Assembly: GCA_045536565.1 (NCBI GenBank)
Contig: JAZSNU010000003.1
Location: 78,544-142,543 of the forward strand
Direction: 5' to 3'
From: Clostridia bacterium
GTDB taxonomy: Bacteria > Bacillota > Clostridia > TANB77 > CAG-465
DNA length: 64,000 bases
Position numbers and translations under genes: made by a program. The notes under the pieces were generated by a model. It was not told the origin of the DNA, ran no database searches, and saw only the letters and a program-made list of their open reading frames with translations. The stretch's first letter is position 1. The number at the start of each line of letters is the position of its first letter. Positions 25,332 to 35,458 of the stretch are shown one piece after another.

Positions 25332-27074
25332 TTGAAAGTATTATTTGGATTAAGTAATGATGATACGGTTAAATCTATCGTAAAATTTTATGAAGAAACA
25401 TATAAAGAAAAAATAGAATATAAGAATGTTTATTATTTTAAACAAGCTATACAAGAAGTGCATAATGGCGGATATGATAGGGTAGTATTACTAGAAGATT
25501 TAGAAAAATATCCTACCAATAACTATGCACAAATAGATGATTATATATTTAAAAATGTAGATAGTATAAGTGATGAATTTGATGCTAAACATATAATATT
25601 TGTTGCATCTGATAGAAGAAAACTTGGAGACTCATTTTTAGCAAAACTATTTAATCTTGGAATATATTCTGTACTTACAGGATCAAATAGAACAAAAAGT
25701 AAAGTTTGTGAAGTAATAAATAGTCCAAAAAAGAAAAAAGATGTTAAAAAATATTATGAAGAAAGTCTGGATAAAAATGTATATAGCAAGGTTGAAGTGT
25801 CAGAAGTTGAGATACAAAGAATACTTGCATATTATAGAAATCAAGAAGGGAATACTAGCAAATATGTAGAAATATTTGATAGAATTTGTTCTCAATATAC
25901 TAATGAGCAAATGAGAATAATTATACAATTTTTAGAGCCAAGCGTAAAACAATTCTTAGAACAAAATAGTGACAAATACAAAGCAATAGCAAATATGCCT
26001 TCTGCTGTTGTTCCACAAGTTGCGCAGCAACAACCTATAATAAACGAGAATGATAAATCTAAAACAGAAGTTATAAAAATAGAAAAGCAACCAGAAATAG
26101 TAGAAAAGATTGTTGTTAAGCAAAGCAATCAACCAGCACCAGTTATAACCTCTGTTATGGAAAAGGAAGTTGTAAAATCTGTTTATGAAGTGCCAAAAGA
26201 TTATAAAAAAGTTGTTTGTATGATTGGTGCACCAAAGTCAGGTACAACTTTTTGTATAAATGCTCTTGCTCACATGATGTATAAAAACGATGTAAGAACA
26301 GCAATAGTAGATATGACTAAAAAGAGAGATTCATACATATTATATACATATGATAATGAAGGGAAAAGAGCAATAGCGGCAGAGAGTTTAAAATATGCTA
26401 GCAATGGCATGAACGAGCCACTTGTATATGGAAAACTTAGCATATATACATCTATGCCTGGCGAAGATAGAAAACAATATAATGCATCTAGATTAATTGA
26501 AACAGTTTCTCATCATAGTAATGTTGTTTTTGTAGATTGTGATTTTTCTACTCCAGCAGATTATTATAGATTAGCTCAAGAAATATATGTTGTTCAAGAT
26601 ATGGATATTTTAAATATAAACCAAATAACAATGTTTTTAAGAGAACTTAAATCAAGAGGAATACCTATGAGTAAGGTTAAGATTGTTATAAACAAGCATG
26701 TTAGATGCGCCCTTACTTCAAAGGATATTATAGATGGAATAGCAACATATACAAGTCCTGATTTAAGGATGTATGATGAGTTATTCCCAGCAAGTGAAAT
26801 GCAATATTTTATATTACCTTTTGATCAAGAAAATTATGCTAAATATGTAGAAATGATGTATAAATACACTAATACTTTATCTACTTTTACAAAAGATTTT
26901 AGAGATAATTTAGCATCACTTGCAAACAGCATATATCCAATTGGTATAGCTAAATCATCAGGTGGGCAAACATATAAAAAGAGTAGATCTAGTGCATTTA
27001 AGAATTTATTCAAAGCTGAAAAAATAACAATGATTGATAAAGAAAGTTCAGGGTTCGAAAAGGTAGTTAAATAA
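25332..27074 (+). CDS. Pseudo-receiver-like N-domain plus ParA/MinD-like ATPase with deviant Walker A
   Basis: AGGTGGTG RBS and TTG start. The N-terminal ~120 aa is an alternating beta-alpha pattern. A Q/P/E/K-rich linker follows. The C-domain has VVCMIGAPKSGTTFCINALA and VDCDF. Confidence 0.55.
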   Translation: MKVLFGLSNDDTVKSIVKFYEETYKEKIEYKNVYYFKQAIQEVHNGGYDRVVLLEDLEKYPTNNYAQIDDYIFKNVDSISDEFDAKHIIFVASDRRKLGDSFLAKLFNLGIYSVLTGSNRTKSKVCEVINSPKKKKDVKKYYEESLDKNVYSKVEVSEVEIQRILAYYRNQEGNTSKYVEIFDRICSQYTNEQMRIIIQFLEPSVKQFLEQNSDKYKAIANMPSAVVPQVAQQQPIINENDKSKTEVIKIEKQPEIVEKIVVKQSNQPAPVITSVMEKEVVKSVYEVPKDYKKVVCMIGAPKSGTTFCINALAHMMYKNDVRTAIVDMTKKRDSYILYTYDNEGKRAIAAESLKYASNGMNEPLVYGKLSIYTSMPGEDRKQYNASRLIETVSHHSNVVFVDCDFSTPADYYRLAQEIYVVQDMDILNINQITMFLRELKSRGIPMSKVKIVINKHVRCALTSKDIIDGIATYTSPDLRMYDELFPASEMQYFILPFDQENYAKYVEMMYKYTNTLSTFTKDFRDNLASLANSIYPIGIAKSSGGQTYKKSRSSAFKNLFKAEKITMIDKESSGFEKVVK

Positions 27075-27104
27075 TCAAATGAGAAAAAATATAGGAGAGA
27101 TAAT

Positions 27105-28166
27105 ATGGGAATTTTAGTAATATTTCTTTTAATAGTTATAACTGCGTTAATAGTTATATTGTACATAAAATTAACACAAATAAAATATTACAAAGCAGTA
27201 GCAGGTAATATGGCAGCTATGACAGTAATGCAAAGGATGTTTGAAATAATGGCTTCAAATATACCGGCTAAAAACAAAATAGAAGAACTTAATAAAATTA
27301 TAATAGATGTATTTGATTCTAAATATTCAACAATATCAATTTTTGATGGAACAGAATACGAAGTAAAGGCGACAAATGTTGAAAATTCTTATGTAGATAG
27401 TATAGGCGCTATAGCAGAAGAAAATGACTTTAAAGCAAATGCAAAAAATAATGTATCAAAATATTTGGTAGCTGCTGGGCCAAGAGTTCTTGGATACAAG
27501 TCAGCAGCAGAAAGAAAGATAAAATCTGCGATGTTTTCACCTATCTATTATAACGGAACATATTTAGGATTTTGGCTTATGGAAGATAATATAGAGGATG
27601 CTTACGAATCAGTTTCAAAAGATGAACTTGCTAAATTAAAGGATAATATAGGTGTATTTATTGAAAATATAAAAGACCAAGAAAATTTAGAAAATGCATA
27701 TAATACTGATAGGCAAACTGGTTTCTATAACAATATATATCTATATTCTAATGTTAGACAACAAATAAGTTTAACAGAAAATTCAGCATTAATCCTTATA
27801 TCTTTCTCTGGACTTGCAAATATAAATGAAGAGAGTGGTAGAGAAGTGGGAGATAATCTTTTATTAAAAGCAACAAGGCTATTAAAAGAAACTATTCCAC
27901 CAGAAAATATATTTATAAGGCATACAGGAAGTAGATTTGTTGTTGTATGTCCAGGGGCAAGTGTGGAGACTGTTCATGGTACTATTGAAAGATTTTTAAG
28001 TAATTTGAATTATCAAAGAGAGAATGTAAATGGAAAAGAAGTAACTCTTGATACTCAAATATTAATGCATACTATAAAAAAACAAAGTAATATAGAAAAA
28101 GAAATAAATAAAATGAATGCATATTTAGAAGGCATGAAGGAAGTAAATTCGATTAAAATAATTTAG
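27105..28166 (+). CDS. Membrane-anchored GAF-like plus degenerate GGDEF domain protein
   Basis: N-terminal TM helix. DRQTGFYNNIY resembles the D.LTGL.NR motif. HTGSRF replaces GGDEF. FSGLANINEESGREVGDNLL replaces DiDhFK.iND..GH..GD. Confidence 0.6.
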   Translation: MGILVIFLLIVITALIVILYIKLTQIKYYKAVAGNMAAMTVMQRMFEIMASNIPAKNKIEELNKIIIDVFDSKYSTISIFDGTEYEVKATNVENSYVDSIGAIAEENDFKANAKNNVSKYLVAAGPRVLGYKSAAERKIKSAMFSPIYYNGTYLGFWLMEDNIEDAYESVSKDELAKLKDNIGVFIENIKDQENLENAYNTDRQTGFYNNIYLYSNVRQQISLTENSALILISFSGLANINEESGREVGDNLLLKATRLLKETIPPENIFIRHTGSRFVVVCPGASVETVHGTIERFLSNLNYQRENVNGKEVTLDTQILMHTIKKQSNIEKEINKMNAYLEGMKEVNSIKII

Positions 28167-28199
28167 TTATTTTAATATATAGGAAAGGATGGGATAAAT

Positions 28200-28448
28200 A
28201 TGGAACAAAACACAACATTATTTAATCCACAAAAAGAAGAATCAAAAAGAGTAAGAGAAATAATGGATGAGGTAGTAGTAGCATTAAAAGATAAAGGCTA
28301 TGAACCTATAAGCCAAATAGTTGGATATATATTATCAGGAGATCCAACATATATAACTTCTCATAATTCAGCAAGAGCTTTAATTTGCAAAATAGAAAGA
28401 GATGAATTATTAGAAGAAATGGTGAAGGGATATATTAACAATGGGTAA
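28200..28448 (+). CDS. ireB: IreB family regulatory phosphoprotein (UPF0297)
   Basis: [42 protein letters not shown]. Conserved ireB-ruvX-DUF1292 order as in B. subtilis yrzL-yrrK-yrzB. Confidence 0.8.
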   Translation: MEQNTTLFNPQKEESKRVREIMDEVVVALKDKGYEPISQIVGYILSGDPTYITSHNSARALICKIERDELLEEMVKGYINNG

Positions 28449-28863
28449 GATTTTATCAATAGATTATGGAGAAGTAAGAGTAGGTCTTGCTATGAGTGAT
28501 GCGACAAATACAATCGCTACTGGATTAGATACTCTTGTTATCGATAGAGATAAAACTAAATTATATGACAAAATAAAAGAATTGTTAGAAAATAACAATA
28601 TAGACAAAATAGTTATAGGTTATCCTAAAAACATGAATGGAACTTTATCTAAAAAAACAGAGGAAGTAGATGAAGTTATAGAAATGCTTAAACCATTAAA
28701 TGTAGAAATAGTAAAATGGGATGAAAGACTAACTACTGTTTCTGCATATTCTACAATGAAAGCACTTGGTATTAAGCAAACACAAAAAAACAAGTACGCG
28801 GATAAACTTGCTGCATCGTCAATATTACAAGATTACTTGGACTATTTACGAAGTAGAATATAA
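28441..28863 (+). CDS. ruvX: Holliday junction resolvase-like nuclease RuvX (YqgF)
   Basis: [17 protein letters not shown]..., [17 protein letters not shown]. It overlaps the ireB stop (ATGGGTAA). Confidence 0.85.
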   Translation: MGKILSIDYGEVRVGLAMSDATNTIATGLDTLVIDRDKTKLYDKIKELLENNNIDKIVIGYPKNMNGTLSKKTEEVDEVIEMLKPLNVEIVKWDERLTTVSAYSTMKALGIKQTQKNKYADKLAASSILQDYLDYLRSRI

Positions 28864-28910
28864 ATAAATTATCTGCAAATAATATACATATAAATTAGGA
28901 GGAATTTAAA

Positions 28911-29258
28911 ATGGAAGAAAAAGAAATAGGATGCGCAGGTTCTTGTGAATCTTGTCACTGTTGTTCACATGATCATGAACATGATGTAGAAGAAATGGAA
29001 TTAGAATTAGAAGATGGTATATTAACATTTACTGATGAAGAAGGAAATGATGTTGATTTCCAAATACTAGATGCATTAACAGTTGATGAAAAACAATATT
29101 TAGTTGTTATGCCTTGTTCAGAGGATGAAGAAGATGCTGGTGTAATAATTCTTGAAATAAAAGAAGAAGATGGCGAAGAAGTTTATGACACTGTTATAGA
29201 TGATGAAGAAGCTGAAAAAGTATTTGAAGAATTTAAAAAATCAAACGAATTAGAATAA
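28911..29258 (+). CDS. DUF1292 (UPF0473) protein with a Cys/His-rich N-terminal extension
   Basis: Core: FTDEEGNDVDFQILDALTVDEKQYLVVMP. N-terminus: GCAGSCESCHCCSHDHEHD. Confidence 0.75.
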   Translation: MEEKEIGCAGSCESCHCCSHDHEHDVEEMELELEDGILTFTDEEGNDVDFQILDALTVDEKQYLVVMPCSEDEEDAGVIILEIKEEDGEEVYDTVIDDEEAEKVFEEFKKSNELE

Positions 29259-29263
29259 AAATA

Positions 29264-29297
29264 AAATTGTGTAAGTAAAAGTCTTGCACAATTTTTA
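29264..29297 (+). terminator. Intrinsic terminator
   Basis: 12-bp stem AAATTGTGTAAG/CTTGCACAATTT followed by Ts. Confidence 0.75.
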
Positions 29298-29427
29298 TTT
29301 TTGTGTTTTGTTTTAAATTATGTAAATATATCGTTCTACACTTGACCTAGACTGCTCAAGGGTGTTATACTATTATGGAAAAAATAATTAATCAGTTATA
29401 ATAATTTATATCTAAGGAGGAAAAAAT

Positions 29428-29928
29428 ATGGTAACTTTTATTGCGTGTTGTACTTTCTTTATTCTTATAGGTGTTAATATATATGGTTATATAGCATATC
29501 AAAACAAAATTTCAGAATTAATAATAGATTGTGATGAAGTAAAACTTCGGAATGTGATCTTGTTTTCTAATGAGGATATAGCCAAGGCTATTAGAAAAAG
29601 ACTTGATAAAGGCGAAAAATTTGTTAAGATATACTATTTTAATAAACACTATATAAAGATAAACGACACAGAAGGTAAAGAATGTATTAAGCGAAGAATT
29701 GAAGATATACAAGATTTTCTTATCGAGAAATCAGATTTGAATTTGGATAATTCTCTTATAAATAACAAAATAGATGAGAGAATTATGGAAGTATGGATTG
29801 ATTATGGATATAATCAAAGATATAGAAGAATTTTTAGAACTGAACTTGAAGACATGATAGAAACAGAAAAAATTTCTAATTCCACATATAACCAAATATA
29901 TCGTAGATTCTATAAGTTTGAAAAGTAA
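29428..29928 (+). CDS. Hypothetical membrane-anchored protein
   Basis: AAGGAGG RBS. One N-terminal TM helix. No family recognised. Confidence 0.5.
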   Translation: MVTFIACCTFFILIGVNIYGYIAYQNKISELIIDCDEVKLRNVILFSNEDIAKAIRKRLDKGEKFVKIYYFNKHYIKINDTEGKECIKRRIEDIQDFLIEKSDLNLDNSLINNKIDERIMEVWIDYGYNQRYRRIFRTELEDMIETEKISNSTYNQIYRRFYKFEK

Positions 29929-29934
29929 CAAATT

Positions 29935-29960
29935 AGACTAGCAAATGCTAGTCTTTTGTT
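29935..29960 (+). terminator. Intrinsic terminator
   Basis: 8-bp stem AGACTAGC/GCTAGTCT followed by Ts. Confidence 0.75.
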
Positions 29961-30073
29961 ATATATATAATATATTTAGTAGTGAATTTTTAGTGAAATT
30001 AGAAATTTTACTATTTTTTTATGACTAAATATGGTAAAATATACTAGTAGGAATTTATTAGGAGATTAGAAAT

Positions 30074-31345
30074 ATGTATAATTTAACAAAACAATTATGT
30101 GATATATATAGTATTGATTACAAGTATATAGATTTAGATAAAAAAATAGAATGTGATTTAGAGAATGTATTTGAACATATATCAGATATAGCGATGTACA
30201 ACCAAGCAAAAGTACATAGTGCATTTTTAAATAACAAAGTAAGTGAAGTACATTTTGGAAAGACAACTGGTTATGGTTATGATGACATAGGAAGAGAAAC
30301 AATTGACAGAATATATGCAGATATATTTAAAGCAGAAGATGCTATGGTAAGAATACAATTTGTAAATGGAACACATGCATTATCTACTGCTTTAATGTGT
30401 AGTTTAAGAAACGGAGATACACTTCTTAGTATTACAGGAGATCCATATGATACTCTAATGGAGACAGTTGGAAATGAGAATAAAGTGGGTTCTCTTGTAT
30501 GGCATGGAGTAAAATATGACCGTATAGATTTAGTAGATAATGATTTTGATTATGTTAGAATAAAAGAATATATTGAAAATAACAAAGTAAGCATGATATT
30601 TATTGGAAGATCAAGAGGATATACATCAAGAAAATCTATAACTATTTCTAAAATGGAGAAGGTTATACAATATATAAAAGAAATAGATAGTAGTATAAAT
30701 ATAATGGTAGATAATTGCTATGGTGAATTTGTGGAAACAAGAGAACCTACCGAGGTGGGTGCAGATATCATGGCAGGAAGTCTAATCAAAAACATAGGTG
30801 GTAGTTTATGTGAAACAGGTGGATATATTGCCGGTAGAAAAGATTTAGTTGAGCTTGCAGCAGAAAGACTTACAGCACCTGGAATTGGTAAAGAATGTGG
30901 TGCGACACTTGGAAAGAATAAAGAAATCCTTCAAGGGCTATATATGGCACCAGCTATTGTTAAAAATGCATTAATGTCAGTTATATATTCAGCGCGACTA
31001 ATGCAAGAAATTGGTATAAAAGCAGATCCTTTATATAATGAAGAAAGAACAGACATAGTACAACAAATAGAATTAAATGATAAAGACAAATTGATTAAAT
31101 TTATACAAGGCATACAAAAACAAAGTCCAGTAGATAGTTTCGTACTTCCAGAGCCTTGGGCAATGCCAGGTTATTCTGATGAAGTTATAATGGCAGCAGG
31201 CACTTTTGTATCAGGAGCATCAATAGAACTTTCAGCTGATGCTCCAATTAAAGCACCATATATAGCATATTTGCAAGGCGGAATAACTTATGAGTCAGCA
31301 AAAATGTCAATACTTCTTGCTTGTATAAATATGTTAGGAGAATAA
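30074..31345 (+). CDS. ynbB: YnbB-family PLP-dependent enzyme (Met gamma-lyase-like, aluminium-resistance family)
   Basis: NQAKVHSAFLNNKVSEVHFGKTTGYGYDDIGRETIDRIYADIFKAEDAMVR..FVNGTHAL parallels B. subtilis YnbB. Confidence 0.8.
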   Translation: MYNLTKQLCDIYSIDYKYIDLDKKIECDLENVFEHISDIAMYNQAKVHSAFLNNKVSEVHFGKTTGYGYDDIGRETIDRIYADIFKAEDAMVRIQFVNGTHALSTALMCSLRNGDTLLSITGDPYDTLMETVGNENKVGSLVWHGVKYDRIDLVDNDFDYVRIKEYIENNKVSMIFIGRSRGYTSRKSITISKMEKVIQYIKEIDSSINIMVDNCYGEFVETREPTEVGADIMAGSLIKNIGGSLCETGGYIAGRKDLVELAAERLTAPGIGKECGATLGKNKEILQGLYMAPAIVKNALMSVIYSARLMQEIGIKADPLYNEERTDIVQQIELNDKDKLIKFIQGIQKQSPVDSFVLPEPWAMPGYSDEVIMAAGTFVSGASIELSADAPIKAPYIAYLQGGITYESAKMSILLACINMLGE

Positions 31346-31347
31346 TT

Positions 31348-32607
31348 ATGAGCAAGGTTATTGTAATAGGTGCCGGGCCTGCCGGCTGTATGGCTGCTCT
31401 TATGGCTAAACAAAATGGTCATGATGTTTGTATTTTAGAGAAGAATAATATAATTGGTAAGAAATTAAACATAACTGGAAAAGGTAGATGTAATGTCACA
31501 TACAAAGGGGATAACCAAGATTTTTTAAATAATGTTGTAAACAATTCTAAATTTTTAATGAGTACAATTAATACCTTTAATAATGAAGATTTAATTAATT
31601 ATCTAAGCAATCTAGGTGTAGAAACAAAGTTAGAAAGAGGAAATAGAATATTCTTAAAATCGGATAATGCAGAAGAACTATCTAGTAAGTTGTATAATAA
31701 ATTAAAAAGTGAGAATATACAAATAAAATTTAATAAAGTAGCAAGTCAAGTTATAACAGAAGATGGCAAGGTAACTGGCATAAAAATACTGGATTCAGAA
31801 ATAATAAATTGTGATAGTTTAGTTATTTCAACTGGTGGCAAAAGTTATCCAGCAACAGGAAGTACAGGTGATGGATACAGTTTAGCAGAAAATGTAGGAC
31901 ATAGTATAAACAAAATATTACCAGCACTTGTTCCAATGAAAGTATATAATGTAAATGAATGTGAATTACTTCAAGGACTTACACTAAAAAATATTAAAAT
32001 GAAAATATTAGATAGTGAAAATCCTAAAAAGCCTTTATATGAAGATTTTGGAGAACTACTATTTACTCATTTTGGAATAAGTGGCCCAACAGTGCTTAGT
32101 GCAAGTAGTAAAATAAATAGAGTAAAGGATATTAATAGAAAATTAAGTGAGAGAAAAATAAAATGTATTATTGATTTAAAACCTGCATTATCGCATGATG
32201 AATTATATAAAAGAGTTTACAGAGATTTTGAAAAATATACTAATAAAGAATATAAAAATAGTTTAGATGATTTACTTCCAAAAAGCCTTATCCCTATTGT
32301 TGTAAATCGTACTAATATTCCATGTGATAAAAAGGTACATCAGATAACAAAGGAAGAAAGACAAAAAATTGTAAATGCTATTAAAGAATTTGATTTGGAT
32401 ATAAAGGCTATGTATCCCGTAGAAACTGGTATTGTAACAGCAGGTGGAATAAATGTTAAGGAAATAAATCCTAAAACTATGGAATCAAAAATAGTAAATG
32501 GCTTGTATTTTGCAGGTGAAGTTATAGATGTAGATGCATATACAGGTGGATATAACTTGCAAATAGCATTTTCTACTGGCTATGTTGCAGGAAATAGTAT
32601 AAAATAA
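31348..32607 (+). CDS. HI0933/YhiN-family NAD(FAD)-utilising flavoprotein
   Basis: VIVIGAGPAGCMAA dinucleotide-binding motif, GKGRCN, TGGKSYP.TGSTGDGY, C-terminal FAGEVIDVDAYTGGYNLQ. Confidence 0.8.
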   Translation: MSKVIVIGAGPAGCMAALMAKQNGHDVCILEKNNIIGKKLNITGKGRCNVTYKGDNQDFLNNVVNNSKFLMSTINTFNNEDLINYLSNLGVETKLERGNRIFLKSDNAEELSSKLYNKLKSENIQIKFNKVASQVITEDGKVTGIKILDSEIINCDSLVISTGGKSYPATGSTGDGYSLAENVGHSINKILPALVPMKVYNVNECELLQGLTLKNIKMKILDSENPKKPLYEDFGELLFTHFGISGPTVLSASSKINRVKDINRKLSERKIKCIIDLKPALSHDELYKRVYRDFEKYTNKEYKNSLDDLLPKSLIPIVVNRTNIPCDKKVHQITKEERQKIVNAIKEFDLDIKAMYPVETGIVTAGGINVKEINPKTMESKIVNGLYFAGEVIDVDAYTGGYNLQIAFSTGYVAGNSIK

Positions 32608-32628
32608 TTGTAATAGGAGGAAGATAAA

Positions 32629-33765
32629 ATGGAAAAAAAGGAAAAAGAAATGCCAACATATATTGTAAATAAAAAGGAGAAGAAAACTAGCACAAATACT
32701 CTTTTAATATTAGTAGTAGCATTAATAGGAGGAGTAATAGGGTCTTTTATTACAAGTGTGTTTGTAAACAACAATAGCGATGTAAAGCAAGTTATAAATG
32801 GAATAACAAACAAATATGAAATAGTAGAAACTGATAGTCCAGTAGTTGCAATTGCTGCAAAGGTATCGCCATCTGTTGTAGGAATTAAAGTTACATATTC
32901 TTATGAAATATTTAGAGGATTTTCTACTGAAACAGAAGGAGAAGGTTCTGGAATTATATATAGCGAAGATGGATATATAGTTACAAATTACCATGTAATA
33001 GAAGAAGCAATAGATGATGAAAAAGCAAAAGTTGAAGTAGCACTTGCAGGTAGCGAAGAATGGATTGAAGCAAAAATAATAGGACATGATGAAATAACAG
33101 ACCTAGCCGTTATAAAAATAGAAAAGACAGGATTACAAGCAGCAGATTTTGGAACATCAAACGATTTAAAAGTTGGTGATATCGCAGTTGCAATTGGAAA
33201 TCCGTTAGGCTCAGAATTTGCAGGAACAGTTACATCTGGTGTTATATCAGCTTTAAATAGAAGTGTTACAACTGATGGAAGAACATATAAACTAATTCAA
33301 ACAGATGCAGCAATAAATACAGGAAATAGCGGTGGAGCGTTAGCAAATAGTAAAGGCCAAGTAATAGGAATAAATACAGTTAAAATAGTTGCAACAGGTG
33401 TTGAAGGAATAGGTTTTGCCATTCCAAGTGATGAAGCCGTTCCAATTATAAAAGAATTAATTGAGAATAAAAAAATATCAAGACCAAACATAGGTATAGC
33501 AGGAATAAATGTAACAGAGCAGATAGCCAAAGCATATAATATGACAGTTGGAATCTATGTAAGCGAAGTTTTAGAAGGTGGCCCAGCAGAAAAAGCAGGG
33601 TTTAAACCAGGTGACATTATAATAAAAGCAGAAGAAAAAGAAATAAAAACAATGGAAGAATTAAATGTAATTAAGTATAAATACAAAATAGGAGATACAT
33701 TTAAAGTTACAGTTTTAAGAGATTCAAAAGAAGTAGAGTTAAGTGTAGTATTAGGAGAAGAATAA
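32629..33765 (+). CDS. HtrA/DegP-family serine protease with PDZ domain
   Basis: N-terminal TM helix. Catalytic triad context TNYHV, DLAVIK, TGNSGGAL. C-terminal PDZ (GGPAEKAGFKPGDII). Confidence 0.85.
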   Translation: MEKKEKEMPTYIVNKKEKKTSTNTLLILVVALIGGVIGSFITSVFVNNNSDVKQVINGITNKYEIVETDSPVVAIAAKVSPSVVGIKVTYSYEIFRGFSTETEGEGSGIIYSEDGYIVTNYHVIEEAIDDEKAKVEVALAGSEEWIEAKIIGHDEITDLAVIKIEKTGLQAADFGTSNDLKVGDIAVAIGNPLGSEFAGTVTSGVISALNRSVTTDGRTYKLIQTDAAINTGNSGGALANSKGQVIGINTVKIVATGVEGIGFAIPSDEAVPIIKELIENKKISRPNIGIAGINVTEQIAKAYNMTVGIYVSEVLEGGPAEKAGFKPGDIIIKAEEKEIKTMEELNVIKYKYKIGDTFKVTVLRDSKEVELSVVLGEE

Positions 33766-33769
33766 TTTA

Positions 33770-34369
33770 ATGGATAAAAGAGAATTTATTCCGAAAAGTA
33801 AAGAAAGTATTGGAAACATAAGAGGATATAGTTATATATCCTCTGGATTATATGAAGAGAAAAAGTCAAAATTTTATTCGTATATATTTAAAATAGAAGA
33901 TAAGAAAAAAGCAGAAGAAATTTTAAAGAATGTAAGAGAAGAATACAAAGATGCAAGACATGTAGTATATGCATATGTAATAGGAAATGAGTATAAATAT
34001 TCTGATGATGGGGAACCTTCTGGTACAGCAGGTAAAATGATATATTCACTCTTAGAAAAGCAAAATATAACAAACATCCTAGTTATTGTTATAAGATATT
34101 TTGGAGGAATATTACTTGGTGCAGGTCCTTTATCTAGGGCGTATTTAAAGGCAGTAAAAAGTGCAGAAGAAGAAACTGATAGTATAGAATACATACCTAA
34201 AACTATATGCAAATTAGAATGTGAATATAACGAAGAGGGTAGTCTTAAAAATATATTAGAAAACACAAAAGCAGTCATTTTAAATGTAAATTATGGCGAA
34301 AAAATAGAGTATGAAATAATGGTATCTGAAAAAGATATAAATTCATTTAATAAATATCAAAAAAGTTAA
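33770..34369 (+). CDS. yigZ: YigZ/IMPACT family protein (UPF0029)
   Basis: KKSKFYSYIF...DARHVVYAYV...SDDGEPSGTAGKMI...VVIRYFGGILLGAGPLSRAY. Confidence 0.75.
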   Translation: MDKREFIPKSKESIGNIRGYSYISSGLYEEKKSKFYSYIFKIEDKKKAEEILKNVREEYKDARHVVYAYVIGNEYKYSDDGEPSGTAGKMIYSLLEKQNITNILVIVIRYFGGILLGAGPLSRAYLKAVKSAEEETDSIEYIPKTICKLECEYNEEGSLKNILENTKAVILNVNYGEKIEYEIMVSEKDINSFNKYQKS

Positions 34370-34459
34370 GAAAATACTAAAATTATGTAGAAAAAGAATA
34401 TACATATTGGTATTTTCTTTTTTTAGACAAAAGTCGATGGAAAAAATTAACAAAAACAC

Positions 34460-34488
34460 TTGAAAAAGCATGAAATAGAATGTATAAT
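34460..34488 (+). promoter_or_regulatory. Sigma-A type promoter upstream of spo0A
   Basis: TTGAAA, 17 nt, TATAAT. The tracked ORF start at 34460 lies inside this promoter, so I prefer ATG 34523. Confidence 0.45.
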
Positions 34489-34522
34489 AAGCACATCGTT
34501 TGGAAAAATATGGGAGGTAAAT

Positions 34523-35338
34523 ATGGACGAAAAATTGAAAATAATGGTCGTAGATGATAATAAAGAATTTGTGAAGATACTAACGATGTTTGTAAACGGA
34601 GAAAAAGACATGGAAGTTGTTTGTAGTGCTTATGATGGATTAAATGTGGTTAATATGATAAAAGAATATAATCCAAACGTAATTCTTTTGGATATAATCA
34701 TGCCTGAAAAAGATGGACTAGCAGTTCTAGAAGAGATTCATGAAAAAATTGAAAACAAACCGCTGATAGTTATGATGTCTGCAATTGGACAAGAAAAGAT
34801 TACTCAAAAAGCATTGTCTTTGGGTGCAATGTACTATGTTGTAAAACCATTTGATTTAGCAACATTAACTGATAGACTAAGAGAATTAGTTGGAAATACA
34901 AGTAGTGCAGTTTATGAGAGAGGTCATTCGGAGTATATGTTTAAGGGTCAATCTAAATCTAAAAAAGTACCACCAATCGAAGTAAGAGTTACAAATTTAA
35001 TTCATGATGTAGGAGTACCTGCACATATAAAAGGATATCAATATTTAAGAGAAGCAATAATAATGTCAGTAGAAAATGAAGAAATAATAAACGCAGTAAC
35101 AAAAACACTTTATCCTAGTTTAGCAAAGACTTTTAAAACTACACCATCAAGAGTTGAAAGAGCTATAAGACACGCAATAGAAGTAGCTTGGAATAGAGGT
35201 CAAATTGAAGTTCATGATAAAATATTTGGATATACAGTAAATTCAAATAAAGGTAAACCAACAAATTCGGAATTTATAGCAATGCTAGCAGATATGCTTA
35301 GAATGGAAGTATTTGAAACAAGCGAAGCGGTAGTATAG
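34523..35338 (+). CDS. spo0A: Sporulation master response regulator Spo0A
   Basis: Receiver domain: [10 protein letters not shown]...[11 protein letters not shown]. Spo0A-specific C-domain: [24 protein letters not shown]...[20 protein letters not shown]. Confidence 0.95.
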   Translation: MDEKLKIMVVDDNKEFVKILTMFVNGEKDMEVVCSAYDGLNVVNMIKEYNPNVILLDIIMPEKDGLAVLEEIHEKIENKPLIVMMSAIGQEKITQKALSLGAMYYVVKPFDLATLTDRLRELVGNTSSAVYERGHSEYMFKGQSKSKKVPPIEVRVTNLIHDVGVPAHIKGYQYLREAIIMSVENEEIINAVTKTLYPSLAKTFKTTPSRVERAIRHAIEVAWNRGQIEVHDKIFGYTVNSNKGKPTNSEFIAMLADMLRMEVFETSEAVV

Positions 35339-35358
35339 AATAATTTTTTCGTTTAATG

Positions 35359-35388
35359 GAAGATAATAAATTTATCTTCTATTTTTTT
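35359..35388 (+). terminator. Intrinsic terminator after spo0A
   Basis: 8-bp stem GAAGATAA/TTATCTTC followed by a T-run. Confidence 0.7.
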
Positions 35389-35458
35389 TATGCTTTTTTT
35401 AGGACAAACAGTTCTAAAAAATATAACAGATGAATATATATGTTTTAGGTGATAAGCA

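Noticed and set aside
28911-28995. The Cys/His-rich stretch GCAGSCESCHCCSHDHEHD considered as a separate metallopeptide or RiPP precursor.
   Set aside because: It is contiguous and in frame with a normal DUF1292 core in the conserved ireB-ruvX-DUF1292 operon. As far as I recall, such metal-binding N-termini are common on clostridial DUF1292 proteins.
34421-34440. Possible Spo0A boxes upstream of spo0A (TTAGACAA and AGTCGAT).
   Set aside because: They match only 6/7 and 5/7 of TGTCGAA. In DNA this AT-rich such partial matches are expected by chance, so they are not reported as features.
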